From positions 434,001-498,000 of the forward strand of contig JALDZX010000009.1 in the NCBI GenBank assembly GCA_022813865.1: 64,000 nt of DNA, in the 5' to 3' direction. Shown here in pieces: positions 24,807 through 35,903 of this stretch. Both the position numbers and the translations under genes were made by a program. How positions within the stretch are numbered: position 1 is the stretch's first letter; each line of letters starts with the position of its first letter. Source of the DNA: Xylographa opegraphella (lineage: Eukaryota). The notes beneath the pieces were generated by a model, which was not told where the DNA came from, ran no database searches, and saw only the letters and a list, made by a program, of their open reading frames with translations.

Positions 24807-24929
24807 TTACAGTAGCATGACTGCCAGAGCTGCTTCCGGTATCAAAGCCTCGGCGTGCCTGCAGAGAGAAGACTTGAAGAGCTGTATATAATCCATTAAT
24901 CTAAAGGCTATCGTTGAGCTGGAATGGCA

Positions 24930-26099
24930 TCATCCGAAAACCTTCAAGAAACCCGCTAATCCAAGTCCACTCAACACCGGAATTGTAAGATTGTCGTCCC
25001 AGCCAAATAGATCCACCACTTCGCTGGCACTAGCCACAAGCCCGCTCCACAAACTGATGACCCCCAGTGCCAGCCAGCCACCGATGACCCCTTGTCCTTG
25101 GCTCGACAATCCTAAGCCTTGCTTTGCAGCTTCTGGTAAACTCAGGGTACCCTTGAACATAAATTCATCCTCGAATCCCCAATATCGTGGCACCATTACT
25201 CCATAAAACAGCCCAGCTGCAGCTACTCCGACAATAGAAGCGGCGACACTCCCAGCTAAGCTTTTGCCTCGACGAAGACGTGGCGTGTATCGGCCGTAGA
25301 GTCTTCCAAACGTGCTGGCGGCTGTATCGCACCAACTGAGCAGTAGCACACTCATCGCCCCAACGTCTTTTGGGAAGAAACGTAGGGCCACCCACGCCCC
25401 TAGCAAATACCAGATCACACCGTTGTATTTGTCGTTCACTTCGCTCTCCCGCATCATGGCGCCTAAAACGCGAACATAAAATCTGTTGAAGCTAGGGATA
25501 CGGTGACGCAGCAAGTCGACGCTCGCGATTGGAATGAGAGCACCGAGAAGCCATGGGTGTATAGCCGCAGGTTGTATTCCTCGGGTGTAGAGGTTGAGCG
25601 TGAAGAAGCCAATGGAGAGGTGGAGGGCTTTGCGGGGGATTTCGTGGCGGTGGACGAAGGAGCGCCAGTGTCTGTGGATGGGTATCAGGCCGAGAGGGCT
25701 TGGGGATCTTGAGAACTCCCGCCAATAATAGGAGGCGGCTGCAGCAGGGGAGAGATATCCGTTAGAATTTCCGTTCGGGACAGTTTCACCAGCCATCTGC
25801 TTATTTGAGCGCGACGTGGATCTTTTGGGGATGCCTGATCTTGAAGAAACAGCCTTCGGGCCACTCGGTCTGCGTTGCTTAAGCGCGGAGTTGGGGCTTC
25901 GGCTGCGTGTCCGCGCCCTCTTCTCGACATCTGAATCTGTATCTTGTTCCTCGGTGATCGCGGAGGAGGATGTAGCACGCTTTGCAGCAGAGCGCGTAAT
26001 AGGAGCGAAATAGCTTCCAGACGCCTCGGAAGCTTCTGAAGGAGTGGGTGAGGGTGAGGTCACACGGGGAGTGCCGGGAACCTGGTATTGTTGTGACAT
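24930..26099 (-). CDS. DGK1: CTP-dependent diacylglycerol kinase (cytidylyltransferase family)
   Basis: HEIPRKALHLSIG, GAMMRESE...YNGVIWYLLG, LLLSWCDTAASTFGR.YG, GKSLAGS, WDDNLTIPVLSG; multiple TM segments; ATG at 26099. Confidence 0.93.
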   Translation of the reverse strand: MSQQYQVPGTPRVTSPSPTPSEASEASGSYFAPITRSAAKRATSSSAITEEQDTDSDVEKRARTRSRSPNSALKQRRPSGPKAVSSRSGIPKRSTSRSNKQMAGETVPNGNSNGYLSPAAAASYYWREFSRSPSPLGLIPIHRHWRSFVHRHEIPRKALHLSIGFFTLNLYTRGIQPAAIHPWLLGALIPIASVDLLRHRIPSFNRFYVRVLGAMMRESEVNDKYNGVIWYLLGAWVALRFFPKDVGAMSVLLLSWCDTAASTFGRLYGRYTPRLRRGKSLAGSVAASIVGVAAAGLFYGVMVPRYWGFEDEFMFKGTLSLPEAAKQGLGLSSQGQGVIGGWLALGVISLWSGLVASASEVVDLFGWDDNLTIPVLSGLGLAGFLKVFG

Positions 26100-26578
26100 G
26101 GCGGTAAGGAAGAAACAAGAATAGTAAAAGGATGGGAAGAGCGGCGCCTTCAAGAGGCCGACAACATCGCGCGATAGGAAGTAAGGACCGAGAGAGGGGA
26201 GATATATATGCTCATCCGAGAAAGACGTCCTGAGTTTCGTGATTTAAAGCCCTTGAGGCTGCAGGTCGCAAGCTTGGCGATCAGAAGAATTCCATATGGT
26301 AGTAGAACAGTAGACCGCTGTCTAAAATCAGGTCAGTCTATCGCCTGCGCATGCTTGTAGACCAGCGCAGAGGAAAGAGACGCTGGGCATGATCAACGAG
26401 GTGGCCTTTTTGTTTTGCAGAATCACACGATATGATGACAGGATTGCTCGCTTTGGAAGGCATCACGTGCTGATAGCGATAAGAAAAGTTTATGGGCTAC
26501 ATCCTCTCGGAAACATGTTTAACATTGCAGTAATATTTTCCTTACTGAATAATGAGATTCTTCTAAAACATCGCAGAG

Positions 26579-28631
26579 ATGTCATCGAGAGCTTGGGAGG
26601 CTCTAACGCCTTCGTTGGCAGAATGGATCATCGATGCGGTCTCGAGTATGGGCTTCAAACGCATGACTCCAGTACAAGCCTCCACAATACCGCTTTTCAT
26701 GGGCCATAAAGATGTCGTAGTAGAGGTATGAAACAGCTTTATATGACCACGACCAGCAAGCTGAATTTCTAAAGGCTGTCACAGGAAGTGGTAAAACCTT
26801 AGCTTTTCTCATACCAGTTATAGAAAGGCTCCTGCGCCTCGAAGAACCTATCAAAAAACATCATGTAGGTGCCATAGTAGTAGCCCCTACGAGGTACGTT
26901 TTTTATCTTAGTAGAGTCTCAAGTGTACTATATACTTACCAATAAAGGGAATTGGCAACACAAATCAACGGTGTCCTGCTCTCATTGCTAGCGTTCCATG
27001 GTCCTTCGGCAGCTGCTCTCAGACCACCTGACAACACAGACTCCTTGCTAGATGCATCCGCTGAGCCCAAAGTTCCACCCAAACTGTCATCTTCGATGGT
27101 CAGGGTTATTCCACAGCTATTACTTGGCGGAACCACCACGCCAGCACAAGACTTGAGCCATTTCTTGAAGCATTCCCCCAATTTGCTCATCTGTACTCCT
27201 GGACGACTTTTAGAACTTCTATCTTCTCCTCATGTTCACTGCCCTCAGTCGTCATTCGAAGTGCTTGTTCTTGATGAAGCTGATCGACTTCTCGATCTTG
27301 GCTTCAAGGAAGATCTGCAAAAAATCCTCGCCAAACTTCCAAAGCAAAGACGTACAGGCCTTTTCAGTGCCAGTGTGAGTGAAGCGGTTGACCAAATTGT
27401 CCGAGTGGGATTACGGAATCCTGTAAAAATTGCTGTCAAGGTTAAAGGGGCAGCTGGAGGACAAGATCAGAGGACGCCCGCGAGGTACCAATTGAGTCGT
27501 TTACTTCAGCGGAATACTCATATGCTAACTTCTTATAGTCTTCAGATGAGCTATTTAGTCACACCATCATCGCACAAGTTTCCTATGATATGCAAGTTGT
27601 TGTCAAATATTGAGCCTGTACCTTCTAAGTGTATTATATACTTATCCACCTGCGCTGCCGTCGATTATTTCCAATACGTACTGCCTTCCATTCTTCCCAG
27701 TCGAGATGGTCAAAGCTTCTCCCTCGTACCTCTCCATGGTAAACATCCACCAAACGTACGACAGAAAAACTTTACCAAGTTCGCCGACGCCGTCATTCCA
27801 AGTGTTCTGCTTACAACTGATGTCGCTGCACGTGGTCTTGATATACCTCAAGTCGATTTAGTCATCCAGGTAGATCCACCCAGCGACCCGAAGGTTTTCT
27901 TACATCGTTGTGGACGCGCTGGACGTGCAGGTCGGGAGGGTTTAAGCGTGATATTCCTTCAGCCTGGCCGGGAGGAAGACTACATCCCTTTCCTTGATGT
28001 CCGAAAAACGCCTATCAGTCCACTCAAGTTGCCGGGCCTCAGCATTCCCAGTACAGAAGTAGATACTATTACCGGGAAGCTCCGAAAGACTGTTTTGACC
28101 GACCGAGCATTCCATGACAAAGCGCAACGTGGGTTTGTCAGCTGGGTCAAATCGTATAGCAAGCACCAAGCGAGCAGTATATTTCGTGTTTCAGATCTTG
28201 ATTGGGAAAACTCCGGCAAAGCATGGGGTTTGTTGAAGCTTCCCAAGATGCCTGAACTCAAGCGTTGGGAAGGCGACAAGAGCCTCGGTGTCAAGGTCGA
28301 CTTCTCGAATTACGCGTACAAAGACAAGCAGAGGGAGCAGGTGAGAAGACATGAGCAGAAGGACAGAGAAGAAGCGGCTTTGTTGCCTATGAAGGAATCG
28401 GTACCCACACCACGTCCTTTGAAGCGAGCTTGGAGCCAGAAGCTGGACCAACGGGACGAAAGAGAGTTACGAAGGACAAAGAAGCAGACCCGGCGGGAAA
28501 AGGAGAGGTGGGAGCAAATGACGCCTGCCGAGCGGGAAAAGCACATTGAGCTACAGCGGCTGATCGAAGACGTGAAGCGGAAAAAGGCCGAGGAGGATCA
28601 GTACGAGGAATTCGCAGGCTTCGATAGATGA
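26579..28631 (+). CDS. SPB4: ATP-dependent rRNA DEAD-box helicase Spb4 (4 exons)
   Basis: Q motif [64 protein letters not shown], Spb4 C-terminal [11 protein letters not shown]; introns 26726-26774, 26894-26947, ~27485-27538. Confidence 0.95.
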
Positions 28632-29495
28632 CGAGAATAATGAGGGAGTCCGGCGTAGACCACAGGTAGCGGAGATCTTAACAAAGTTGTATAACACACC
28701 ATAGATGGTCACGGAAATGTGAGCACGACACGAACTTTTATGGTTTCCTTCGGGCTTCAATAAGCAAGTCCTGGGCATGGATAAATGCTGGTCACTGCGG
28801 TCTCTGTATGGCTTAACCTGCAGATCGCTGTCATTGCATATGATACGCAATCGCAAGAAAACACGTTCAAGCCTCTATAATCATCAGAAACAGCATTCCG
28901 CTCGCAATAAGAAAGGAGAACTTCGACAGTTCAGTATAACTACCATTCACATCCTATGCCATATTTTCATCCACAGAAAGTCACGAAACCCTATAACTTC
29001 CTATCACTCCTGAGAAAAATGTCCCTCGTGTGACATCGTATCCACTATGGAAACACACTCTTTTCAGTCAGCATCAAGGGTGCCATTGTGAGGTATGTAA
29101 ACAGAGGAAGTTCGCAAACGCAATGTAATACGAAGTGTCAACAGAAACAGAAGCTTCAGTGGATGCAACAAGACATCAGTCAATCTTTTTAGTCTATCAA
29201 AAGTCTCTCTTCATGATCGTGAGGATCACATATGTATGTGAAAAGGAGCATTACAAATGAGCTTCGAACTTGTCCCAGTGCACCTTTCTATCAACAAAAA
29301 CAAAAACTTTTCTAACAACAACAACAAAACCCTTTCTATAAACAAGAAGTGAAAACTCCACCGTGACCACCGTCCCATGCCCCGGCCCACCCCCGCCCCC
29401 GAGCAACCTGGACAAACCCCATCGTGGACCGCCGGCCACCTTCCGCACTAAACAACTTCTCCAACAACGCGATCTTGACCATCCCCTTCCCCATA

Positions 29496-29595
29496 GACAT
29501 ACACCGAAGTCAGTCAATATGGGAAAGGGGACGTCTGGAACCATCCCTCCCGTTTGCGCCTGCTCATTGGTACGACATACACCGAAGTCAGTCAA
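29496..29595. repeat. Perfect 22-bp direct repeat GACATACACCGAAGTCAGTCAA (29496-29517 and 29574-29595)
   Basis: Two identical copies with a 78-bp period, just downstream of the 917-aa gene stop codon. Confidence 0.85.
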
Positions 29596-29662
29596 ATACC
29601 AAGAGCGCTGCAAAGGGACAGGAGGGATGGTTTGTTTTGATGCGTTGAAGGGTGGAAGTTGT

Positions 29663-32465
29663 TTAGACAGAAAGTGGCTCCTTGACATTGTCGGCGATCC
29701 AGTCCGGAAGAGTGTCATTGAAGACGCATTGAGCGCGATGCTCGTCTTCAATGCTCCAGGCTGCGTCGAGGGCGGCCAATACGGCGGGATCCATGTGATC
29801 CCCGCCGTATTGGCTTACAGGAAATTCAAATTCGGCCAGGTCGTCGACTGCGATTGCGTCGACTGCGGCACGAACTTCTTGATCCATCACTTCATTGGAT
29901 TGGGATGGGCCAGTTGTATCTTCATATTTATAGCCGTGTGTGTCGGCATCTGCGGGACTAGCGACGATGGAACTCGATAGGCGACTCGCTTCTCTCAAGC
30001 CACTTGGTACCACAGGAGTAAAGCGCAAAGCATCAGACCTTACACGGGTCAAAGCATCAGTGTCGCTGGTTATATAGGTCATTGGTAGAGTGGGCGTAGC
30101 TTCGGTTGTTGCTGTGAATGATACAGTGGGTGTAGCTTCGGGAGTTGCTGGGGATGTTGCAGTGGGTGTAGCTTCGAGAGTTGCTGGGAATGTTGCAGTG
30201 GGTGGAGCTTCGGGAGTTGCTGGGAATGTTGCAGTGGGTGGAGCTGCGGGGGTTGCTGTAAATGTAGCGGTGGATAGAGCTGTAGGTGTAGCCATAGATG
30301 GTGCTGGTGCCACCGTGGTAGCTGTGAGTAATGTAGCATGAGCACGCGTTGGGGAAGGCGGCAGAGCCTCCTGCGATGACTCAGCTGGCCTGGTGCTTGC
30401 TTTCATTGCAGACTTGAGTGGTGCTGAAGACATTGATGGGTGGAATGTATTACTTGCTCCACGGTTGGACGGTTGGTCGGAGAAGTTGAGTTGATCAGAA
30501 AACTGTACTTCTTTGCCTTTTCCTTTGTCCATGAACACTCCCGCAGTCGTTTTAATTCCATCGCTATGTTCATCAGAGGATGATTGCGGAACCACAAATG
30601 AACGATTCCGATTGACCCCATTGAAAATGTTGCTATTCTTTGGATCCGCGAAGATTGTACCAGTGTATGGTGTGGCACGATGTGGATCACCGATAATCTG
30701 TCTAATTGGGGTGGATGGCCCCGCGTGAGTTGAGCATTGACGCTTAGCTGGATGTAAAGATGGATTGTTCCTGGAGAATTCCTCGTCGTCCTCATCACTC
30801 TCAGAGTCAGAAGCGAAAAACTGAGCATCCATTCCATAGCTAGTCCCCACAGGATTAGGAATTCGGTTAGGTGAGTAGCGCTTCCTCTTGGTACCGGTAA
30901 GCGCAGCTAATTGTTCCTTGACCCTACGTGCAACCTCATCTTGAATAGCGTTCTCACGAGTCTCTTTTGCTTTCCGCTCGAACGCTGCTTCCCTTAGCTT
31001 CTCATGATCAGCTTTCTGGTGCGCATCCGATAAAAGCAATGTGGGTTTGGGTACTCTTAGTGATTTACCGTGAAATGACACTTGTGTACTAGTAGGATTC
31101 GTCGATAGTGATTGATGAGTGAATAATGGTGGGTTGTTGAAAGGCGCTCCAGTTGCCGAGGTGTTATTCGGGTTTGCATTGCCATGTCCATTTGGTGCAG
31201 TTGTTTGAGAGGCTTCAGCTACACCAGGTATGATAGTGTCAAGCTGAGGGCGATGAAGACCAGGGACAAGTCGGCGGACGCTGCCCACCAAATTACCAAG
31301 GAATCCTGCACGGCGAGGGGTGTGAGTTTGAGCATGCAAATCAGATGACTGTTGTGTTTGCTGGTCAGAGGACGTCTGTATGACTGTACCACTTCCATCT
31401 ACAGGCCCGGACTGTCCTTGAACTTGGCTTGTATTGACACCTTCAGTGTTTGTTGGAGCGGACGCAGCGCCATTACCTTCGGTGTTTGTTGGAGCGGACG
31501 GAGCGCCATTACCTTCAGTGTATGTTGGAGCGGACGGACCACCATGGGTTGTCCCTGAATCATTCACATTCACAACGGAAGTTCCAGCAGTTAGTGTCTC
31601 TTGTGCTTTGAGAGCCGCTGCTGCTGTCTTCTCTGCTTTCTTCTTCTCATGCTCCTTGAACATCCCCATCAGGCCCTTCTTACTGGTGTTTATCTTCATG
31701 ATTTGGTCAGGCATGATCAAATCTTCTTCTTGATCCTTGTAAGGCATCAGTATGTAATTGCCATGCATGTCGTATGCATGATGACCAAGAGGTACTCGAA
31801 CTGGAGGCTTCGGTTGCATCACGGTCACAGGAGGTCCTTCGAAAGCAACTGCAGGCAGCGCTGGCGCTGTACGGACAGCTTTGACGACAGTTTTAGCTCG
31901 CTTATTGGAACTGTCCAAGGCTGCCTCAGTCTCTGCGAGTTTGCGCTTTGCAGCTTTCATGCGACGGGATAAGTTAGTAAGTTTAGTCTTTTCGGGTTCT
32001 GCTGGTGCAACAGTGTATGCAACAAATGGTACAGTGTTTGGCTGATAACCAGGTTCCAATGTACGAAGGAAATCTTGAATTGTGTCAAGCGGAACTGCGA
32101 TTTTGACCGTTGCTTCCCCATGAGGATATAGTGCCTTAGACTTGAGAAGAATATTGGTCGGGTTAAGCCAAATGTGTACTAAAGAGAGATCTTGACTAAA
32201 GAAAGGTTTGCGGAGTGTTGGGGTGTTATTAACAGGGGGTAAAGAAGATTTTGTCGTCTCACGCGAAGTCACCTCATCCTTCTTCGGTAATTGTTTCAAT
32301 TTGGGCACTCTTGGGACACGAGTAGACATAGGCAGCGCCTGAGGAGGAGTAGGAGGGTAGCCAGCAGCTGCAGCTGCGATACGCTGTCCACGACTATGAA
32401 GATGTTAGAATCATAACATGTTTTTTCGATGTTAACACTTACGTGCGAACACCGTTGCTCGACAT
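29663..32465 (-). CDS. Large low-complexity protein (~917 aa, 2 exons); possible nuclear-basket nucleoporin (Nup60/NupA-like)
   Basis: Exon 1 32465-32443, intron GTAAGT..CTAAC..TAG 32442-32394, exon 2 continues the 888-aa ORF. Short motifs KRKRYSPNRIPNPVGTSYGMD, ALRFTPVVPSGLR, LAEFEFP; nucleoporin identity is inference. Confidence 0.75.
30091..30291. repeat. Coding minisatellite, 36-bp unit (~5.5 copies), encoding ATPEAPPTATFP-like repeats
   Basis: Repeated GAGTTGCTGGGAATGTTGCAGTGGGTG(G/T)AGCTTCG(G/A) units visible on the + strand. Confidence 0.85.
31438..31540. repeat. Coding minisatellite, 36-bp unit (~3 copies), encoding GAPSAPTNTEGN
   Basis: CCTTC(A/G)GTGT(T/A)TGTTGGAGCGGACG repeated at ~31440, 31476 and 31512. 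Confidence 0.85.
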
Positions 32466-32754
32466 TGTTGCGTTCGTATGAAGAGACTCCAGCTCGTTGA
32501 AGTATGATAATCAGTTGATTACAAGTGATTTTAAAGAAGATTGTGAAAGTTCTGTCAACAAAATCGTGGTTGTTGATGTTTGTTGTTGTTGTGAAGAGGA
32601 AGAAGTTCAGAGGTGTCGGAAGCTCGATGTCTTGAAGTCGCGGGATAAGATGCTGCTAGTGTAGAACCTAGCGAGATAAATGTGCCGATGTGCTCTAGCG
32701 TAGACTCTAATTTAGCGACGGCACACCAACTTTTAATTTGAGCCTCATTCACAC

Positions 32755-32802
32755 GCGAAATCGCGAAATTGCGAAATTGCGAAATTACGAAATTGTGAAA
32801 TT
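32755..32802. promoter_or_regulatory. Six tandem 8-bp units (GCGAAATT consensus) in the bidirectional promoter of RPS0 and the 917-aa gene
   Basis: GCGAAATC-GCGAAATT-GCGAAATT-GCGAAATT-ACGAAATT-GTGAAATT; includes two CGCGAAA (SCB consensus CRCGAAA) matches. The repeat is certain; a regulatory role is inferred. Confidence 0.55.
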
Positions 32803-32807
32803 TAACT

Positions 32808-32859
32808 CCAGCTTCTTCTAGACATCTTGAACACCAGCTTCATCTGGACATCTTGAACA
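32808..32859. repeat. 26-bp tandem duplication in the RPS0 leader
   Basis: CCAGCTTCTTCTAGACATCTTGAACA followed directly by CCAGCTTCATCTGGACATCTTGAACA (2 mismatches). Confidence 0.85.
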
Positions 32860-32882
32860 CTTCCAACAGCGAGACTGTCAAC

Positions 32883-33840
32883 ATGGCGCCATCAAACCTT
32901 CCCTCGATCTTCAATGCGACCTCTCAAGATATTGAAATGCTGCTTGCAGCTCAATGTCATTTGGGATCCAAGAATCTTCAAGTGCACATGGAGCCCTACC
33001 TGTGGAAGACTCGCCCAGATGGTATCAACGTGATCAACATCGGCAAGACCTGGTAAGCAGCTCTGAGGACTGTCTGGAAAGTATCAGAACTGACCAGCGT
33101 CTTGAACCAGGGAGAAAATTGTTCTTGCAGCCCGCATCATCGCAGCGGTTGATAACCCCGCCGATATCGCTGTCATCTCTGCTCGACCCTACGGTCAGCG
33201 TGCAGTTCTCAAGTTTGCTGCGCATACGGGAGCGGTTGCCATCGCTGGTCGTTTTACTCCCGGCAACTTCACTAATTATATCACCCGCTCGTTCAAGGAG
33301 CCGCGTTTAATCATTGTAACCGACCCTCGTACCGACGCTCAAGCCATTAAGGAAGCCTCGTACGTTAACATACCCGTTGTCGCTCTCTGTGATACCGATT
33401 CACCCACCGAGTTTGTCGACGTCGCAATTCCGACCAACAATAAAGGTCGTCATGCTATTGGTCTTATTTGGTGGATGCTTGCACGTGAAGTGCTTCGCCT
33501 GCGCGGTACATTGGCGAACCGAGAGACCGAGTGGGATATGATGGTTGATTTGTACTTCTACCGTGATCCCGAGGCTGAGGAGAATAAAGACTCTGCCGGC
33601 ATGGATGAGAGCAAGGTCCCCGGTGCCGACGAAGTTGGACCTGGTGCTATTGACCAAGGCTTTGCGGGCAATTCGGAGTGGGAAGTACCAGGCGGAGCTA
33701 CTGGTGCTGCGGCATTCAGTACGGCCGCCAATACTGGTGGAGCTGCAGCTGGTTCCAGCTGGGAGGCTGATGGGGCAGATTGGGCCACGAGCGCTGCACC
33801 TGTGCAAACTGGGAATGATGCCGCTGAGGTGCAGTGGTAG
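32883..33840 (+). CDS. RPS0: 40S ribosomal protein S0/uS2 (2 exons)
   Basis: [83 protein letters not shown]; intron 33053-33110. Confidence 0.98.
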
Positions 33841-34169
33841 GCAGCGTTGGAGAACGGCGGAGGGAAGAGACTGTCTGCATTGGTGGAGCACATCTACATT
33901 GGAGACAAACTTGGTGGCACTCATGAGGGAAAGATACCTGTAGTTACGTTGTAATTACAGGGGAAAGCCCTGTGCTGCCGAAAGGGATGTACTTGATAGT
34001 TGCCCATCTTCAATCAGAATGCACTGCCATCACAGTTGTTCATATGACCATCAGACGCTGATGGGTGACATGTCTAAATTTCGATGTTCATGATAGCATA
34101 GCGCGAATGCCACGGAAAGTACGAAAATATCCTGTGACCGACCTACCATGCATCCTCTCTCATTATTTC

Positions 34170-35450
34170 CTAACTGCGTCTTTTCTTCTTACTAGCAGTG
34201 TCTTTCGCTTGCTCTTCCTCATCTTTCGTATCTTCCTCTCGCCCTCGTTTCGTTCCTCTCACCCCGACTCCTATCTTGATCCCCGATGCATCATCTTGTA
34301 GCAAGTCCCACAAAGGCTGCAGGTCCGGGAAGTCGGTTTGATCATATTTGATCTTCGGTAAATGCTCAACACCAACCCTGCTTCGGTCAGATATCTTGTC
34401 ATTGTCCTTATACCATGGGAATAAATGCGGCACCCCGATCTTCTTCATCAGGTCCTCAATCGAGTACGCTGTTTCGGGAAAATTCTTTAAGTGGTTGACA
34501 AGGAAGACCAGATTTTCTTTGTGGTCAGCGCCGAACGAATACTTAACCAGCGCACACACAAACTCGATCCAATTGCATATCGTATCTCCGTCCAAGGTTC
34601 CTGCGTGCTGGCGGAACTCGATCGTTTGCTTCCGCTTCGTTTCATGACTTGGATAAGTGTCGGGGTCGATGAGATTCCTGAGATTGTAAGCCTTGTGTCT
34701 TTCGTCCGAAAACACCTCGTTAATATCCTCAAATGTTTTCTGCCGATCCAGCACTGCTATACTAGTAAGGGGCCCTAAACGAGAAAGCAGCTCGGGCTGC
34801 TGACTTGGTGCTCCTGCAAACTGATTCCGGATTCGGTCGTCTGAATGGAGTGACTCAATCTCGTGCTCGAAAGCTGTGACGGTCTGAGTAAACTTCTTGA
34901 GAAAAGGTAGAACGAACCTCCGTTGTTCTGCGCCTACATGCACATGGAAACCTGTGAGCCGGTTGACATAGAACTTGTAAGGACCTGGGAAGTTCTCCAG
35001 TATCGCAAGCACCAAGCGCACTTCCTCGAAACTTTTCTCCTCGAGTACCAAAATCCTCGAGACTACTTCTATTTCCGCTGTTTCGCTATTCGCCTCTGGG
35101 GGATCCCAAGTGGGGCATTCTGTTTTGACAATCCATTTATCGTACTTAGCCTTATAATGACTCTCTCGGAAAGTGCTGACAGGTACGTTGTTCTCCGCTA
35201 GCATTCGCGCAACGATCTCGAAGATGAGATTGTGTTCCATCTCAGGCTCCAAGTAAATCTCATATCTGGATGCTAACTTTCTTAGTTCACTCGTATAGCT
35301 CAGATCATATTTATAGAAGAATTCAAGCTCTATACCGAATGTCAACCGAACCTCAGTAGACACCGCTTGCGTAGCCGTCCGCTCATTTTCTTTTGGTGAT
35401 CTCCTGAGCGAACCCCGTAGATCCGGGCCGGGTCCCGAAGCCGGTCTCAT
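34170..35450 (-). CDS. Putative amidoligase (Amidoligase_2 / GS-GCS-fold COOH-NH2 ligase), paralogue A
   Basis: Intronless; LTFGIELEF, W.VKTE, EIEVVSRIL, VNRLTGFHVHVG, FEHEIESLH...R, AYNLRNL, QTIEFRQHAGTLD; first in-frame ATG at 35450 (the ORF track starts at a TTG). Confidence 0.85.
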   Translation of the reverse strand: MRPASGPGPDLRGSLRRSPKENERTATQAVSTEVRLTFGIELEFFYKYDLSYTSELRKLASRYEIYLEPEMEHNLIFEIVARMLAENNVPVSTFRESHYKAKYDKWIVKTECPTWDPPEANSETAEIEVVSRILVLEEKSFEEVRLVLAILENFPGPYKFYVNRLTGFHVHVGAEQRRFVLPFLKKFTQTVTAFEHEIESLHSDDRIRNQFAGAPSQQPELLSRLGPLTSIAVLDRQKTFEDINEVFSDERHKAYNLRNLIDPDTYPSHETKRKQTIEFRQHAGTLDGDTICNWIEFVCALVKYSFGADHKENLVFLVNHLKNFPETAYSIEDLMKKIGVPHLFPWYKDNDKISDRSRVGVEHLPKIKYDQTDFPDLQPLWDLLQDDASGIKIGVGVRGTKRGREEDTKDEEEQAKDTASKKKRRS

Positions 35451-35903
35451 AGCTTGAATGCTAGATACAGAGAAGTTATTTGACAAGCAGTTGTATAGAT
35501 TATACAGTCAATCATATGTAAGTACCGTGAGATCCTAGAGATCAGCGAGGTAGATACGGAGGAATGGGGGACCACGGAAGTAGGCATAGAACACGATTGA
35601 AGAGAAAAGCAGGACGGTGTGGTTCCTTTGAAAGGTACATGTAGAGATTGCAACCGACAGCATGTTCCTTGTCATAAAAAATGGCGACCAATTTCCCAGC
35701 TCTCGTCATTTGCTCTTGAACAATGTGATCTTCGGACTTACTTTACCTTTGTACTCGAGATAAAGCAAGCCGTCTCGAAACGGGCATGTGGATATGCTCG
35801 TATATAAACCACATCGTGAGGACTTTCGTAAGGATTCCAGTGAGGACTTTAGGTAGTATGAGAGCGAACTGGCGGTCCATTGTGAAAGACTATCATCTCG
35901 AAC

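Noticed and set aside
29496..29595. Repeat-spacer-repeat resembling a CRISPR mini-array
   Set aside because: Only two repeats, 56-nt spacer, eukaryotic context, no cas genes; kept as a simple direct repeat.
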